Assembly (NCBI GenBank): GCA_051362555.1
Contig: CM120644.1
Location: 23,210,534 to 23,274,533, forward strand
Reading direction: 5' to 3'
DNA: 64,000 bases
Source of the DNA: Lingula anatina
Lineage: Eukaryota > Animalia > Brachiopoda
The notes under the pieces were generated by a model. It was given only the letters and a program-made list of their open reading frames with translations. It ran no database searches and had not been told where the DNA came from. The first letter of the stretch is position 1; every line of letters begins with the position of its first letter. Position numbers and translations under genes: made by a program. Shown here in pieces: positions 39,477 through 52,077 of this stretch.

Positions 39477-39782
39477 TAGACAAGAAAAGCACTCCGAGAT
39501 CGCAGACCTCCGCCAAGGCAACAAAGTCTCCATCCAATGCCGTTTCACCCCTAAATTTTCATTCTATAATGATTTGTTTTTTTGATTATTGATTATTGAT
39601 CGATTATCGATCGATTATCCGGATCACCACCAAAAAATAATCATCTCTTCCTTGGCGCACTTCTGACAGTTCCTGAAAATTTCACCAAAATCGGTGAATA
39701 ACTTTTTGAGTTAAATTGATGACAAACATACAGACAGACAGACAGACACGGGTGAAAACATAACCTCCTTGGCGGAGGTAGT
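39477..39782. mobile_element. Non-autonomous Helentron/DINE-1-like element upstream of the first coding exon of gene C
   Basis: It has the subterminal inverted repeat acctccgccaagg / ccttggcggaggt, an (acag)n microsatellite and a 3' hairpin. The empty site is in gene D at about 51215-51222. Confidence 0.75.
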
Positions 39783-39872
39783 AATCTACAAATCAGTTTA
39801 CCCTGTTTTTCAATGTAACAGCAAATGGGTTTTCCATCAATTGATATCTGATCTTAACATACAGGCAACATG

Positions 39873-39942
<70 letters not shown>

Positions 39943-40333
39943 CTCTCTCTCTCATGTCAATAAATTCAGAGGAGGACACAAATATTATCCTTGCCGAGAG
40001 GACAGTTATATTTAGGACACAGCGCACTGACCTTTCTATAAAACTTACTTGCAATATATAATATAATATGTCTCCTTTATGTTATTAAATGCCTACGCAT
40101 GTAACCCCCATTTATATATACACGTCACGCAGGTGTAACTTGTGTAAAAAAAAAAAGCTGATCTGCTATGCAATATATAATATAATATGGTCTGATATGT
40201 TAATATAATTTATACTATCTTAATATCCCCATTGCGCTTGCTTTGTGCAGCAAATCTTTCGGTAGTTCTAAATGGAAACTAAGACTGGGCCCCCATACCC
40301 TAGATCGAACTAACAGGATCAATCCATATCCAA

Positions 40334-40488
40334 GGGGTTTCTCGCTAAATTGATTTCAGCTTAGGCGGCTTAGGTGTATGGTATGCCTACTGAAGCTGCT
40401 AAACGATGATTAATTACCCCCTAGAAGCTTCAGTAGGCGGGACAGAGATCTAAGCCGCTTAAGTTGATTGCAATTTAGCGAGAATCCC
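40334..40488. mobile_element. Hairpin-type MITE in the putative 5'UTR intron of gene C (paralog at about 51698-51853)
   Basis: Long imperfect inverted arms run ggg(t/a)ttctcgctaaattg...cttag...ctactgaagct / agcttcagtag...ctaagccg...caatttagcgagaatccc. Confidence 0.65.
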
Positions 40489-40645
40489 AGTAAGTACGAT
40501 TCCCAGTTAGATCCACAGTCAGTACTATAGGGTCTGGGAATAGTTCCTTAGTCTAAATAATACGTCACAGTTCAATTGTCAGGAATAATCATCAATAGAA
40601 GTATAGACCTAAAGAAAATCCATAAACAATATTTATCACACATAC

Positions 40646-40860
40646 CTTTTCCTTTGACCAGCTTACAGACTCATGTAAACAGTGTTAGAAATTAAGGCTG
40701 GACCGTCTGCCCGGGGCCGACAACTTTCAGAACGGGCTGAGTAGTTTTCCCACCCAGCACACATTCGAGCCAGCTACTTATCAAGATGGCTGAACTTTCG
40801 GTGTAGCAACTAATTTTCCTATACTAACTAATACGTATCATGTAAACCGGTTTTATATAA
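40646..40860 (-). promoter_or_regulatory. Putative TATA box and non-coding first exon of CYP gene C
   Basis: A conserved AAAAG|GTATG donor lies at 40646 (52003 in gene D) and TATAAAA at about 40851-40857 on the minus strand. A tttcag acceptor lies just upstream of the ATG in both genes. Confidence 0.5.
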
Positions 40861-43506
40861 ACAGCTTGTTAATATGAGCCGTAGCACGCTACCTATTTTG
40901 TTCGAGGGCAGAAATTATGACCCAATATAGTTATATATAGAAACTGCACTGTCTGCACTCGCTGTATAACGATGCGCAATATTACAGACAGGCACATTGC
41001 TCCAAAACGTCCATAAAAAAGGATGTAACCCTGGTACTGGTACTGTGGAATAAAAAAAAACTGTGTTTTAAAATTATGGGGCTGACCTAAAGAGGCGATT
41101 AACTGCAGGCACTTTTTTGTTATTAGACGTTGTTGTGATGTGGGGTGGTGGTGGTGGTGGTGGTCGGGGGATGAAAGGGCTTTAGACCCGGATAGTTGCC
41201 CTATGCATGTTAAGCCTCTGTCACAACAGTACGTACTGGCTCTTACGACCTGTTTACGACCAAATTTTGCGTAGAATCTCACGTGCCGCGCAAGTTCTTC
41301 TTGCGAAATTTGAAATTCGCAGACAGCCCGTAAGCACGTACGGAGGACGTTGGAAATGTCCGAAAGATTCTACAAATAATCTGCGAACAGCGAGGCCGCA
41401 AACGTAGCTTCCTCCACTCGCAAGGAGTTCGCGAGAAGTATGCAATGGAGTCGTGTGTGGTCCAAGACACATGTCAAAAACACGTGGTTCCCTTCGAGCA
41501 ACAGATGACCTAATTTGTGGCACCGGTCCATTTAGAATTGCTATTGACGTCACGTGTTGATATAGCTGTGTCTGCTGTACATCTTGTCCCATGGAAGAGA
41601 CATAGTTTAGAAATGGTTATTCAGAACTTTTTGTCTTTCAAATAATTTTGAAATTACGGAACAAGTCTCTGTTTTTCTTGGTTTATTGTATACTTTCCAA
41701 AAATTCACAGCTGTGATGTACACAGTCCTTTTTTTTATTTTGACTTGCTGGTTTCGTATTAGTCAAATGTTGCGTAGTCAACATCGATGGAAAATCGAAA
41801 TTATTTGCTCTGTGTAACAGATACAATTTTTTTAATGATTCATCCCTTCTTCGACATCCTATTTTGGAATTACCAAGGTGTCAAATCTAAATCTAAAGAC
41901 ACGCCCTTGGATCTTTTTTTTCTATTATCCTCCATTGCTCTATCTGCTTATAATACTGATGAATACCTGGATAAGTTACTGATAATGTATATAATGTTAC
42001 TATTTGTGGTCGTCGTTGTTATTTTTCCTATTACTAAGATCTCTGTTGGGTCTTCTTTATATACTCCGAAAAATCGATTAGAAGAATTTTTAATTGGTCT
42101 GTTTCTAATTAAGGCGTTGGCCCCACAATCCGCGAGCCTTCGAAAAATTGAGACTTTTTATCAGGTCTCTGTGGTGACGTCTTACTTTCGAGATCCTTTG
42201 TTTTCTTCCCTATTGTTTGCCGAATATTCGCAGACGGTAAGCCCCAATTTTCTATTGATTCACCCCGAGTAACGGTATCGTTGATGCCTCCACCAAATTA
42301 TGGTAAAGTCAATTTACCACGTAGCTATAGGAACGTAGAAATTTCGTTTTTTTTTTTTTTTTTTTTTTTTTTGGTATGCAAAAGGTTTATTCGTATATTC
42401 GTAACCTTACAATCATTAAACTCGACCTTTTCCCCCTCATGTCACATTTCATTGGTGTGACGTATTATACAGATTCTTTTTATTTTCGCCAATGTCCCAT
42501 TCTAGGCAAATCCTCAATCTATTAATATTTCCTTATTTGGTGATGGTGTGATGATTGACCTCAGTTCACAATGTACTGTTTATACAGATTTTCCCGTCAC
42601 CTTTTCATATAGGCAAGACGCTATCGTTCTCAATATTTGATTGGTAATTACGTAAATTCAAAGGTGACTCAAATCCCCAAAATCTCAGAATCAACCAACA
42701 ATATTAGTTAAATAAGATTATTGATCTTGAAGGTTAATATATAACCAGCATAACAAAAAAAAAAAAAAAAAAAAAAACAAATTCATGATTACACCCAAGT
42801 TGATGAAGTCGTTATGGTCTTAACACATACTAATAAAACGGTAACACAATGTTAGCATTAGGAAAATAAACAGTTTACAGCATATTTACAATGACACACA
42901 TCGTGCGTATAGGTCCGCCTCTCTAAAATCTAACGCAGGGTAATCCTTACGTATACAGATTGTCATAAATAAAGGCACAAACATGTTTGGATTTCACCGG
43001 TACCACAGATACATTTAAGATCCTCTAAAAAGGTCGTAGAACAGGCAGTCCTTCTTCACTGACAGGTCGTGTGATGACCGCTTGTACCGAGTTGCAATAT
43101 TTCTTTCAAACCCCTTGATGTCCATGACAGTATATAAATGTCTGAGACGGTTAGAACCAGATTATTCTCTCTATAAAATACATGTACAACAATTATCTAT
43201 ATACAATACAAAACATACAATAATTTTCTCTAAACAATACATAAAATAAAACAAATAAACTTTTATATGAACAATGAAAACATATTTGTTATATTCATCA
43301 CTGTACATTGGTATGTGTACAGACATCTCATATTGAATAGCTGGAGTTACGCTGCAAAAACGCATTGTGAAATAATATCTCTGTAAAAAGTATGTTGATT
43401 AAATTGAAAAAGTATGTAAGCTAAGTCTTGCTGACAGATAGTAGTCATGAAACATTGACAATTATGACACGTGCTATGGAGCTTTGTGAATACGTTCAGT
43501 TAATGT

Positions 43507-46500
43507 CTATTCTTCACTATTATTGGCCACCACATGCCGCCTTGTAAGACGCACGGTGACACCTTTCTCCGGCTGCACTGTGCTACTGGCCACGTGAACC
43601 AACGGAATCTGCGTCTCAGCACAGGTCTCAACGCTGAACTTCTTCACGAGACACGCCAAGGTCATCTTGGCCTCCATCAGGGCGAACCTCATACCAATGC
43701 AGTTTCTGGGGCCTGCCCCAAATGGAAGCCAGGCCATAGGGTGACGCTTAGCAATCCTCTCTGCTGTGAACCTGGATAGAAGAACAGCTGTTCACGTGAC
43801 ATGACGTAACTCTACGTCATCTTTGTGCTAGCACAAAGATGACGTAGAGTTACGTCATGTCACGTGAACAGTGCTTACACATGACTATTGAAGAGCATGA
43901 ATGCGCTTGGATCGCGTCAGTTGACATAACAATTACAAGGCTTTTAAAAATGCTTATTAATTAAATAAAACAATTCTTCTGAAATATTTAGAAGCATCCT
44001 GCGAACAGTTATTTTTTTATAATCAAACACAAGGTAAGAGGATAATCAACAAGACTGAAAGTGTTTTATAAAAAAAAAATAAAAAACTGAAACGTTTAAA
44101 CTCTAATATTTCAAATGTAAGCACCAAAATAAGATTTAATCATCTCAGTTTCCAACAACTCGAAGTTAATTTATGTAGCAATATGATATGAATATCGATA
44201 GATGGCAGCACCTTACCGTTCAGGACAGAAGAGGCTGGGGTCTGGGGGTCCCCAGTGCTCGGGATCCATGTGGATACTGTAAACGTCACAGCGGACTTTC
44301 ATGCCTTTGGGAATGTGAACACCCATCACTGTGCTGGATTCTTGGGCTGTTCTCCCTGGCCCACTAGTGAAAAGATACATTTTTATAGAAGTAGTTTGGC
44401 GGGAGTCCATGACGAAAAGTAATCGTTTCTAAAGAGGCTCATTCTACCTTTACCGTGGTTTCCATCTATAAGACACGTTTGTTTAACTTTTCCTTAAAAG
44501 ACCCTGATTACAAGGCTTCGTCATAAAGTATTCAGTTTTTTATCATTACACAAAAGGCAATCAAAAACATATTTCCCTGAAAAATGACAAACCTCATTTT
44601 TTAGAATCCGTTTCCAAAGCAAGGTTATGAAGGGAAAGGGCAGAACAAAGCAGGTGCTCCCAATAATTTATTAATGGTTATTTCATTAGCGAAAAATAAG
44701 GTATGTAGCTGCTTATACTAACCTTTTATATAAGAATATAAATGTTAATTAATTTTATATGTTTGAGTCCACTTACAATGGAGCGATAGGGTGTAGTCGT
44801 AGCGATTCCTTGAGGAACATGTCCAAATACTGCATCTTACTTATGGTCTCATACGATGGAGGACCCTAAAAGAGTTTTGAAAAAAAAAATTAACAAACAG
44901 AATGAATCAACATTATAAAGATATTTCTTTCCATACAGAAACGGAAATCAAATTATCCCATTTTCGCCTTAAAATCACGACATCAACACCATACATGTAC
45001 ATTTACGATCAATACTTCATGTATAGGTAATGGTTGGCTCATCTTTTAGAAAAAAGATGTCCCTCTGCATCAGTTGTAATACCTTGTATTATTTTATAGG
45101 GACTTATATCTTAATTGTGCACGTGCACCATTCCGCGTTAAAAGGTGTGTACAGAAGCGTCTTCTAAATCCAACTATATTACTCCAAAATCTATCCAAAT
45201 CCAACATCGCTGTTTCAATATTAAATTGCTTTCCTTCAAGAGAGTTTTTTCCCTACAGACACTTACCTCTTCAGTGCAGTATTGGTCTACATCCTCCTGA
45301 AGAGCTTTCTGTGCCTCTGGACTCGTTGCTAGGTGGTAGGCAGCGTAGGCCAGGGCGGTGCTGGTGGTTTCATACCCTGCCAACAAAAACGTCGAACACT
45401 GCGTTTGGACCTCCTAAAGATAAAAAAGACCAAAGCCACCAATGATTGCTCAGTCACCTTTTACTGAAGTAATGGCGCTGCTTGTGTTGGTATCAATTAA
45501 GGCGTCTGCATATAGTCGTGAAACGTGGAATATTTTTGCACACACACACACACACACACACAAACGCACATAAACCAGATTGCCTTTTTACCTTTTCTGT
45601 TAGTTTGGCCTTTTGTGTAAATTTTCTTTGAGATGACGAAGAAGCGTTCTGCTGACCCGTTTCCCCTCCCTGTTGTGTTGATATTACGTCACTGTCCGTC
45701 ATCGCCTGGGGTACAGTCGAGTCCAGATTGTCAGTTTTGGCGTCCAACATTAGCTGCAGGAGATCCACCCGTCGAGACTGAAAGTTTACCACATGATTGT
45801 CAACCACTTTCAATTAGTTTATTGGCTACTGAAATACTTTGTTGGAGGGTATTTATTCATGTTGTTTGAACTGTGTTTGATACGTGTGATGTCATCTTAT
45901 CTCATTTCAAGAATTCATCACAATCAAATTATTGACATTTTAACAATTGCAATTGTCATTAAATAAGAAAGGCATATAAGCCGGAAGTCATTAAAAAAGA
46001 AAGGCATATAGGCCGGAAGCTTTGGAGATTGGCATTTGTAATTTTTTTTAATGGTTAATGTATAAGGATGTCAATATCAATAGACTGGTTCATTTCATTC
46101 CATGACCGTTTTTTACCAATAATGTTTTTTATACAGCTTACCTTTGGATCATTTAATCTGGACTGTACGGCAGCGCTGACCAGAACGTCAATGTCATGCA
46201 CCCTCTTTCTCGTCAGATATTTGTTCAACACCTTGGCTAGACCGGACAACGATGGAAAAAGTTCTGCAAACAGAGACATATAAAAGTAAAAATCGCATAA
46301 AAATATTACTTGCTTAAATGATAGTTTGATCATTAGGTTTATAAGTAGCATTCAACGTGTTTATTTGTTTGAACACCAGTATTCATTGTTATACATTTTC
46401 TACAGTTTTGGTAAATATCAGCAAAAAATTACATCTGTGGTTATCCCAAATCTGCCAGCCCAAACTTGCACTTCACAGATTGTCGGCCTTATTGGTCATC

Positions 46501-47081
46501 AATAAAGACCAAAAAATGATATACCAGTTACTTTAAGATGTGTTTATAATTTGGGTCTAATAAAATGTATTGTACAATTTAACAAGATGAATATTGCAAA
46601 TATGTTTAAAATAAACTATAAACTTAAAACATTCTTGCAGCTATATTTTAAGTCTCAGTACTTTCCCTTACGTAAATTTCCTATAGGATCCCATAGGATA
46701 CCTATAAGATATGTTATATGTTTAAATAAACTATAAACTGAAAACATTCTTTCAGCTATATTTTAGGTCTCAGTACTTAAGACTTTCTCTAAAACTGGCC
46801 TATTCTTTCTAAAAGTAACATTATTACGACGTGAACATACCGGACATAAACATTGGCGTCATCATCATCAGTGACGCACTGAACGCTTTGCGACATGCTG
46901 CCAGAAATGGTGACGTGTTATCTCGCACTGAGTTAATCTCGAGACCAAAGCCACACGAGCCGATGACTTCCAGGGTGAGGCCTTGGAAATCACTGAAATC
47001 GCATAGCATAAATGCATTAAATATTGAATAGCCCATAATTACAGCCAGCTTTATTAAACTCCGGTTATTATTTGTATCGCA

Positions 47082-47117
<36 letters not shown>

Positions 47118-48345
47118 CATTACAAAAACACGTGTGTATTGCATGACAAAATGATAATGGCGGCTACGCAATCAGTGTATATGCATTTGTACGCGTGAGA
47201 GGATGAAAAGAACAACTTATATACAAAGAATGTATGTCTAGTACATTTAATGTGCAGGAGGATAAATTTCCCCCGAACCTGAGCATCCTTTTTGAATACA
47301 GACGTAACGTATAAAGCCCCTCTGTCTACCCTACTGTCTGTCACGTTGATAATTCGTGTTAATTCACCGTATAGATCTTAAGGTAAATATAAGTATATTA
47401 TTTTTGATGCATCTCTGAAGATCTACTTTACATTTGTCAAATATAATCCAAGCTTTCGGTCCCTGGGCCTTCTTCGGGGATTAGCAATGATAATCTGGAT
47501 TATATTTGACAACTGTAAAGTAGATCTCCAGAGATGCATCAGAAATAATACTTGTCCTGTCTGTCACACACACGTCACTGGTTCTTGTCTTGTTGCATTA
47601 AACAGTATACAGAAGATTGGAGCTCGAGATTAAATAACTAAAGGTATAACGTACAGTATAACATATACAGAAACGTACGGTTTTATTGAAATCGCGAAAC
47701 AGACATCTAACTTTCGGCTTTATTCATCCATTTCCATTCAATCTGTGAAACTTTACGTGACTTTGTCAGTAGTTAGTACTTACCTGTGGATATCGAACGG
47801 TTTTTCCTCCTGGCAACGCTTCTCCATCGCTTCCATGAAACTGTTCACCGACTCCTGGATCAGTGGCGCCATCTGTAATGAAACGAAACAATTACACATG
47901 CCACAGTATATACAACCGCATATTAATCAAATAACGATTTGTATCACCCTAAAATAAAGCTACCATGGTGGGGTCAGGATACCCAGGGTTGTAGTAGAAA
48001 GAAGCATCTTATGCCGACACGTTAAGTCTCGATTCGAACTATTTAACTTTCATAATCATATGTTTTCTTACTTGTTTCATTTTAAGAGAGGAGAAGGTCG
48101 GGTTGGATATTAAACGTAATCGCTTCCATCGTTTTCCTTTCGCAAAAACCATGTGTGTTTCTTCATCCTCCGTGTCTATTGAATTAGGAATCTAAAAATG
48201 AACACAATGAATTCAATTTGAGCAGTGTCAGTGGAAAAAAAGTTACATGAAAAATGCTCACCCAAGAAAAATTGGCAAAGTGAAAAGTTTCTAGCTAAAT
48301 TGCCGCAATATTAAACTAAAACTTAGCAGCGGCGAGATTGCAAAA

Positions 48346-48434
<89 letters not shown>

Positions 48435-51177
48435 AATTAAATTAAATTAAGAAATACTGCTGCCAATTTGCAACCATGTTGAAGAATTGAATTGTTTGCA
48501 GGAATGAATTGTTTGCAGGAATGAATTGTTTGCAGCAATATTCAGCAATTTTGCTGCAAATTTGCAGCGAATTCGCAGCAGGCCTAATATTTTGCCATGG
48601 GTCAGAGTACATTTTTGTTTGAATTACACTACCAAGTATGCTGTATCACCCCAAAAATTTTCTACCCAGCCCAACAATAGTCCTGTTAATCATTATTCAA
48701 GGTCTCATTCACAGAGTCACCATCGGTCTACCATCGATCGACTTAACTCCGTGGGGACGCTCACTGTCTGCAACAACTGTCACGCCTCCTCCTGGCGTTA
48801 AGAAGAATACAAGAAAAAAGTTAAACGAGTAAGTTTGAAACAAGAGAAGGTGAGTCAGTCAGTTAATCTGATTGCACTTAGCAAGAGCCCCTGCAGAGTT
48901 GGGTCGACTGACATAGACAGATAGTATCCATGGGAATCGGGTCTTAAATGCAGGCCAACTAATCAAAATGAAAACACAATTGCCGTCCTTGGTAAGCGGC
49001 ATGTTTGGGGAAATAATTTTGATGATTATTCCACCAATAAATCTTTATTGGGTTATTGGTAAATATTACTCACTGCTCTTTGATGAAATTTACTGAACTG
49101 TTTGACAAAGACTTCTTGCAGAAAATCGACATCCGAGGTCACTATACTGGGAGAATTGAGAAAGAAGACCCTAAAATAAAGACAAGACCTGGCTAACTGT
49201 GGTTTGGATCAGTGCTAAATAATTCATATATCTGGCATTGTATCGCAATAAATAGTGGCGATTAAGCACCAATCTTTTGAAGAGTTGCATAAAGCAACAA
49301 AAATAGTAAATGATAATAAAGACTAAAAAGGACTTGATAATATGCTGTATATATGTAAAGAGTGCGTTCATACATACCCAAACGTTTTTCCATAGAGCCG
49401 TTCCCACTTTCTGTATGCCATCCAAACTGGCTGGCACTAGATCAAAATGAATGTGCATTTCACTATTGACTGATTTTTTGTAGTTCAAATGTTGGTATCC
49501 AGATTGAGTAACATTTTTTTACAAACTTTGGATGCATATTGGAATGACTTTTCACCGTAAAATTTGACATTTTAGATAGCAACCGAATACATCAACAAAT
49601 GTTCCTACGTCCTTTTTAAAAGTATAATTGTCGTTTTAATTATTTAAAAAGCTTATTGCAGCTTTAACACAACGGTCACCTGAGGACACAATCGACATGA
49701 ATGCTGTTTCCCCATACATTCACGGTGTTACTGGGATAAAGTAACGACGAGGGCGGCTACGTGTGAAAAGCCTTCCACATGTATGATATTACAACTGGCA
49801 ATTACTTATGACGTTGATAGTAAATACAGCTTATTTCATCATTTCGAGAGAGAGCTAGTTAGTTTTCACAATTGTCTGAGTAAAAATAAAGGGAAAATAC
49901 AAATATACACTGTTTATTTGTAGTGTTGTCATTTTCCAATATGAAAACAAACCATTATCTGTCTGAAATTTCCGAATATGATGTTTGGCGGAGGACCGTT
50001 GATTCCCATCTTCTTGAACACACGGTAACTGTCTATCCTCTGCCTAAATACAAAACAGCACGGACAGTTTATCTTAGGAATAGGTATAATACAGTGGTGG
50101 ATTTAGGGGTGAGGGGTCCTGCGGTTCCTGGCCCCCTTCAATTTCTAAAGAAAAATCACCAATGGTTCCCTCTTGAACTTAGAATTTCAAATAGCTGAAT
50201 CATAGTTCTAAACCGTGCCAAATGGCACTGTTCGTCCTCGAAAATACCAAAAACCTGTCGGGGCCTTAAGCCCCCCCCCCCTTTCAAATAATCCTATATC
50301 CGCCCCTGTAATGAAAATGCAATGTTTGTGATAACTATATTTCTTATTCACAGCACTTGACGGGTCATTCACTTTTACTACATGTATCACAGCGAAAGTG
50401 TCAATTACAGCTCTAAGGAGTCGGGATATTATTTTAATAATTAGTTGTTAAAACAAGTCTTATACATATAGCATGTATTACAGTCACAGCTGATTAGAGG
50501 AACGACCACACTGTAGTAATTGTTACATTTTTGTAAAACTCAGATTCAAATTTGTGCTGGTCGAATGATGAGATTAGTTATATGTGTATGTATACTAGGT
50601 TTTAAATCATGCAGTTACAGATACGTAGTTTGATATAGTGTACCTACTACCATACTATGATATAGTGATATATATTATACCTACTACAATACCACATTTG
50701 TATTTAGTGATGTATTGTACATACCACAACCATACTATGATATAGTGATATATATTATACCTACTACAATACCACATTTGTATTTAGTGATGTATTGTAC
50801 CTACCACAACCATACTATGATATAGTGATATATATTATACCTACTACAATACCACATTTGTATTTAGTGATGTATTGTACCTACCACAACCATACTATGA
50901 TATAGTGATATATATTATACCTACTACAATACCACATTTGTATTTAGTGATGTATTGTACCTACCACAACCATACTATGATATAGTGATATATTTTATAC
51001 CTACTACAAAACCACATTTGTATTTGGTGATGTATTGTACCCACCACAACCAAACTATGATATAGTGATATATATTAAACCTACTACAAAACCACATTTG
51101 TATTTGGTGATGTATTGTACGTACCACAACCATACTGACACCAGGAAGATGATAACAGCCACCAGATACGGCCACAT
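43507..51177 (-). CDS. Cytochrome P450 clan 3 (CYP3A/TBXAS1-like), gene D, about 538 aa, apparently intact
   Basis: The 13 coding exons are 51125-51177, 49953-50043, 49378-49436, 49074-49170, 48072-48191, 47784-47872, 46841-46992, 46142-46263, 45592-45777, 45267-45413, 44777-44865, 44217-44363 and 43507-43771 (1617 nt, in frame). All P450 motifs are present, including [10 protein letters not shown]. Confidence 0.93.
43788..43871. repeat. Perfect 84-bp palindrome (42-bp arms, no spacer)
   Basis: ctgttcacgtgacatgacgtaactctacgtcatctttgtgct|agcacaaagatgacgtagagttacgtcatgtcacgtgaacag. Confidence 0.95.
50643..51137. repeat. 80-bp minisatellite, about 6 copies, overlapping the first coding exon/intron junction of gene D
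   Basis: The unit is ctaccacaaccatactatgatatagtgatatatattatacctactacaataccacatttgtatttagtgatgtattgtac. Confidence 0.93.
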
Positions 51178-52002
51178 TGTGAGTCGTCTGAAAGAAATGT
51201 TGAACAGTTTAAAATAAAATAATCTATAAATCAATTTGTTTTCCAATATGACAGCCTATTGGTTTTCCGTCTATTGGTATGTGGTCTTAACATGCTGGCA
51301 ACATGCTAAATGTTCTCTAAACTGACCATATATGTATTTCTTTTTCTCTCTCCCTCCCCCTGCCTTTCTCTCACTCTCATATGAGTAGTAAGGGTTTCTC
51401 AATAAATGACTCGCAGGTGCGTCCGTCTCCTTTATGTTATTAAATGCCTACGCATGTAACCCCTACGCATGTAACCCCCATTTATATATACACGTCACGC
51501 AGGTGTAACTTGTGTAAAAAAGCTGATCTGCGATGCAATATATAATATAATATGGTCTGATATGTTAATATAATTTATGCTATCTTAATATCCCCATTGC
51601 GCTTGCTTTGTGCAGCAAATCTTTTGGTAAATCTAAACGGAAATTAAGACTGGGCCCCCATACCCTAGATCGATCTAACAGGATCGATCCATATCCAAGG
51701 GGTTTCTCGCTAATCTGCTTTCAGCTTCGGCGGCTTAGGTGTCTGGTATGCCTACTGAAGCTGCTTAACGATAATTAATTACCCCCTAGAAGCTTCAGTA
51801 GCTGTGATAGAGATCTAAGCCGCTTAAGTTGATTGCAATTTAGCTAGAATCCCCTTTGGAAGAGATCGATCCACAGCTAGTACGACAGGGTCTGGGAAAA
51901 GTTCCTTAGTCTAAATAAGACGTCACATTTGATTGTCTGGGATAATCATTAATTGAAGTATAGACCTAAAGAAAATCCATAAAAAATGTCTATCATACAT
52001 AC

Positions 52003-52077
52003 CTTTTTCCTTTGACCAGCTTACAGGCTTTTGTAAATGCACCAAATAAAACGGACCTTGCAAACCAGTTTTATATG
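52003..52077 (-). promoter_or_regulatory. Putative TATA box and short non-coding first exon of CYP gene D
   Basis: ATATAAAA lies at about 52069-52076 on the minus strand, and an AAAAG|GTATGT donor at 52003 is conserved with gene C. Confidence 0.5.

Larger units (their letters stand above)
26004..41205. repeat. Segmental duplication copy 2 (tRNA-Asn, gag remnant and complete CYP gene C)
   Basis: The left part aligns to 2737-10497, and about 29850-41205 aligns to 41483-52500. Confidence 0.9.

Noticed and set aside
41787-42272. 161-aa plus-strand ORF with a hydrophobic stretch
   Set aside because: It lies antisense to the gag-like remnant, and the frame is broken in the paralogous copy at about 30146-30630.
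50643-51137. Regular repeat array as a possible CRISPR
   Set aside because: The 80-bp units are contiguous with no unique spacers, there are no cas genes, and the context is a eukaryotic intron.
31823-51177. Naming the CYPs TBXAS1 or CYP3A4
   Set aside because: Clan-3 membership is supported but orthology is not. The I-helix Thr is retained, unlike in thromboxane synthase, and a phylogeny is needed.
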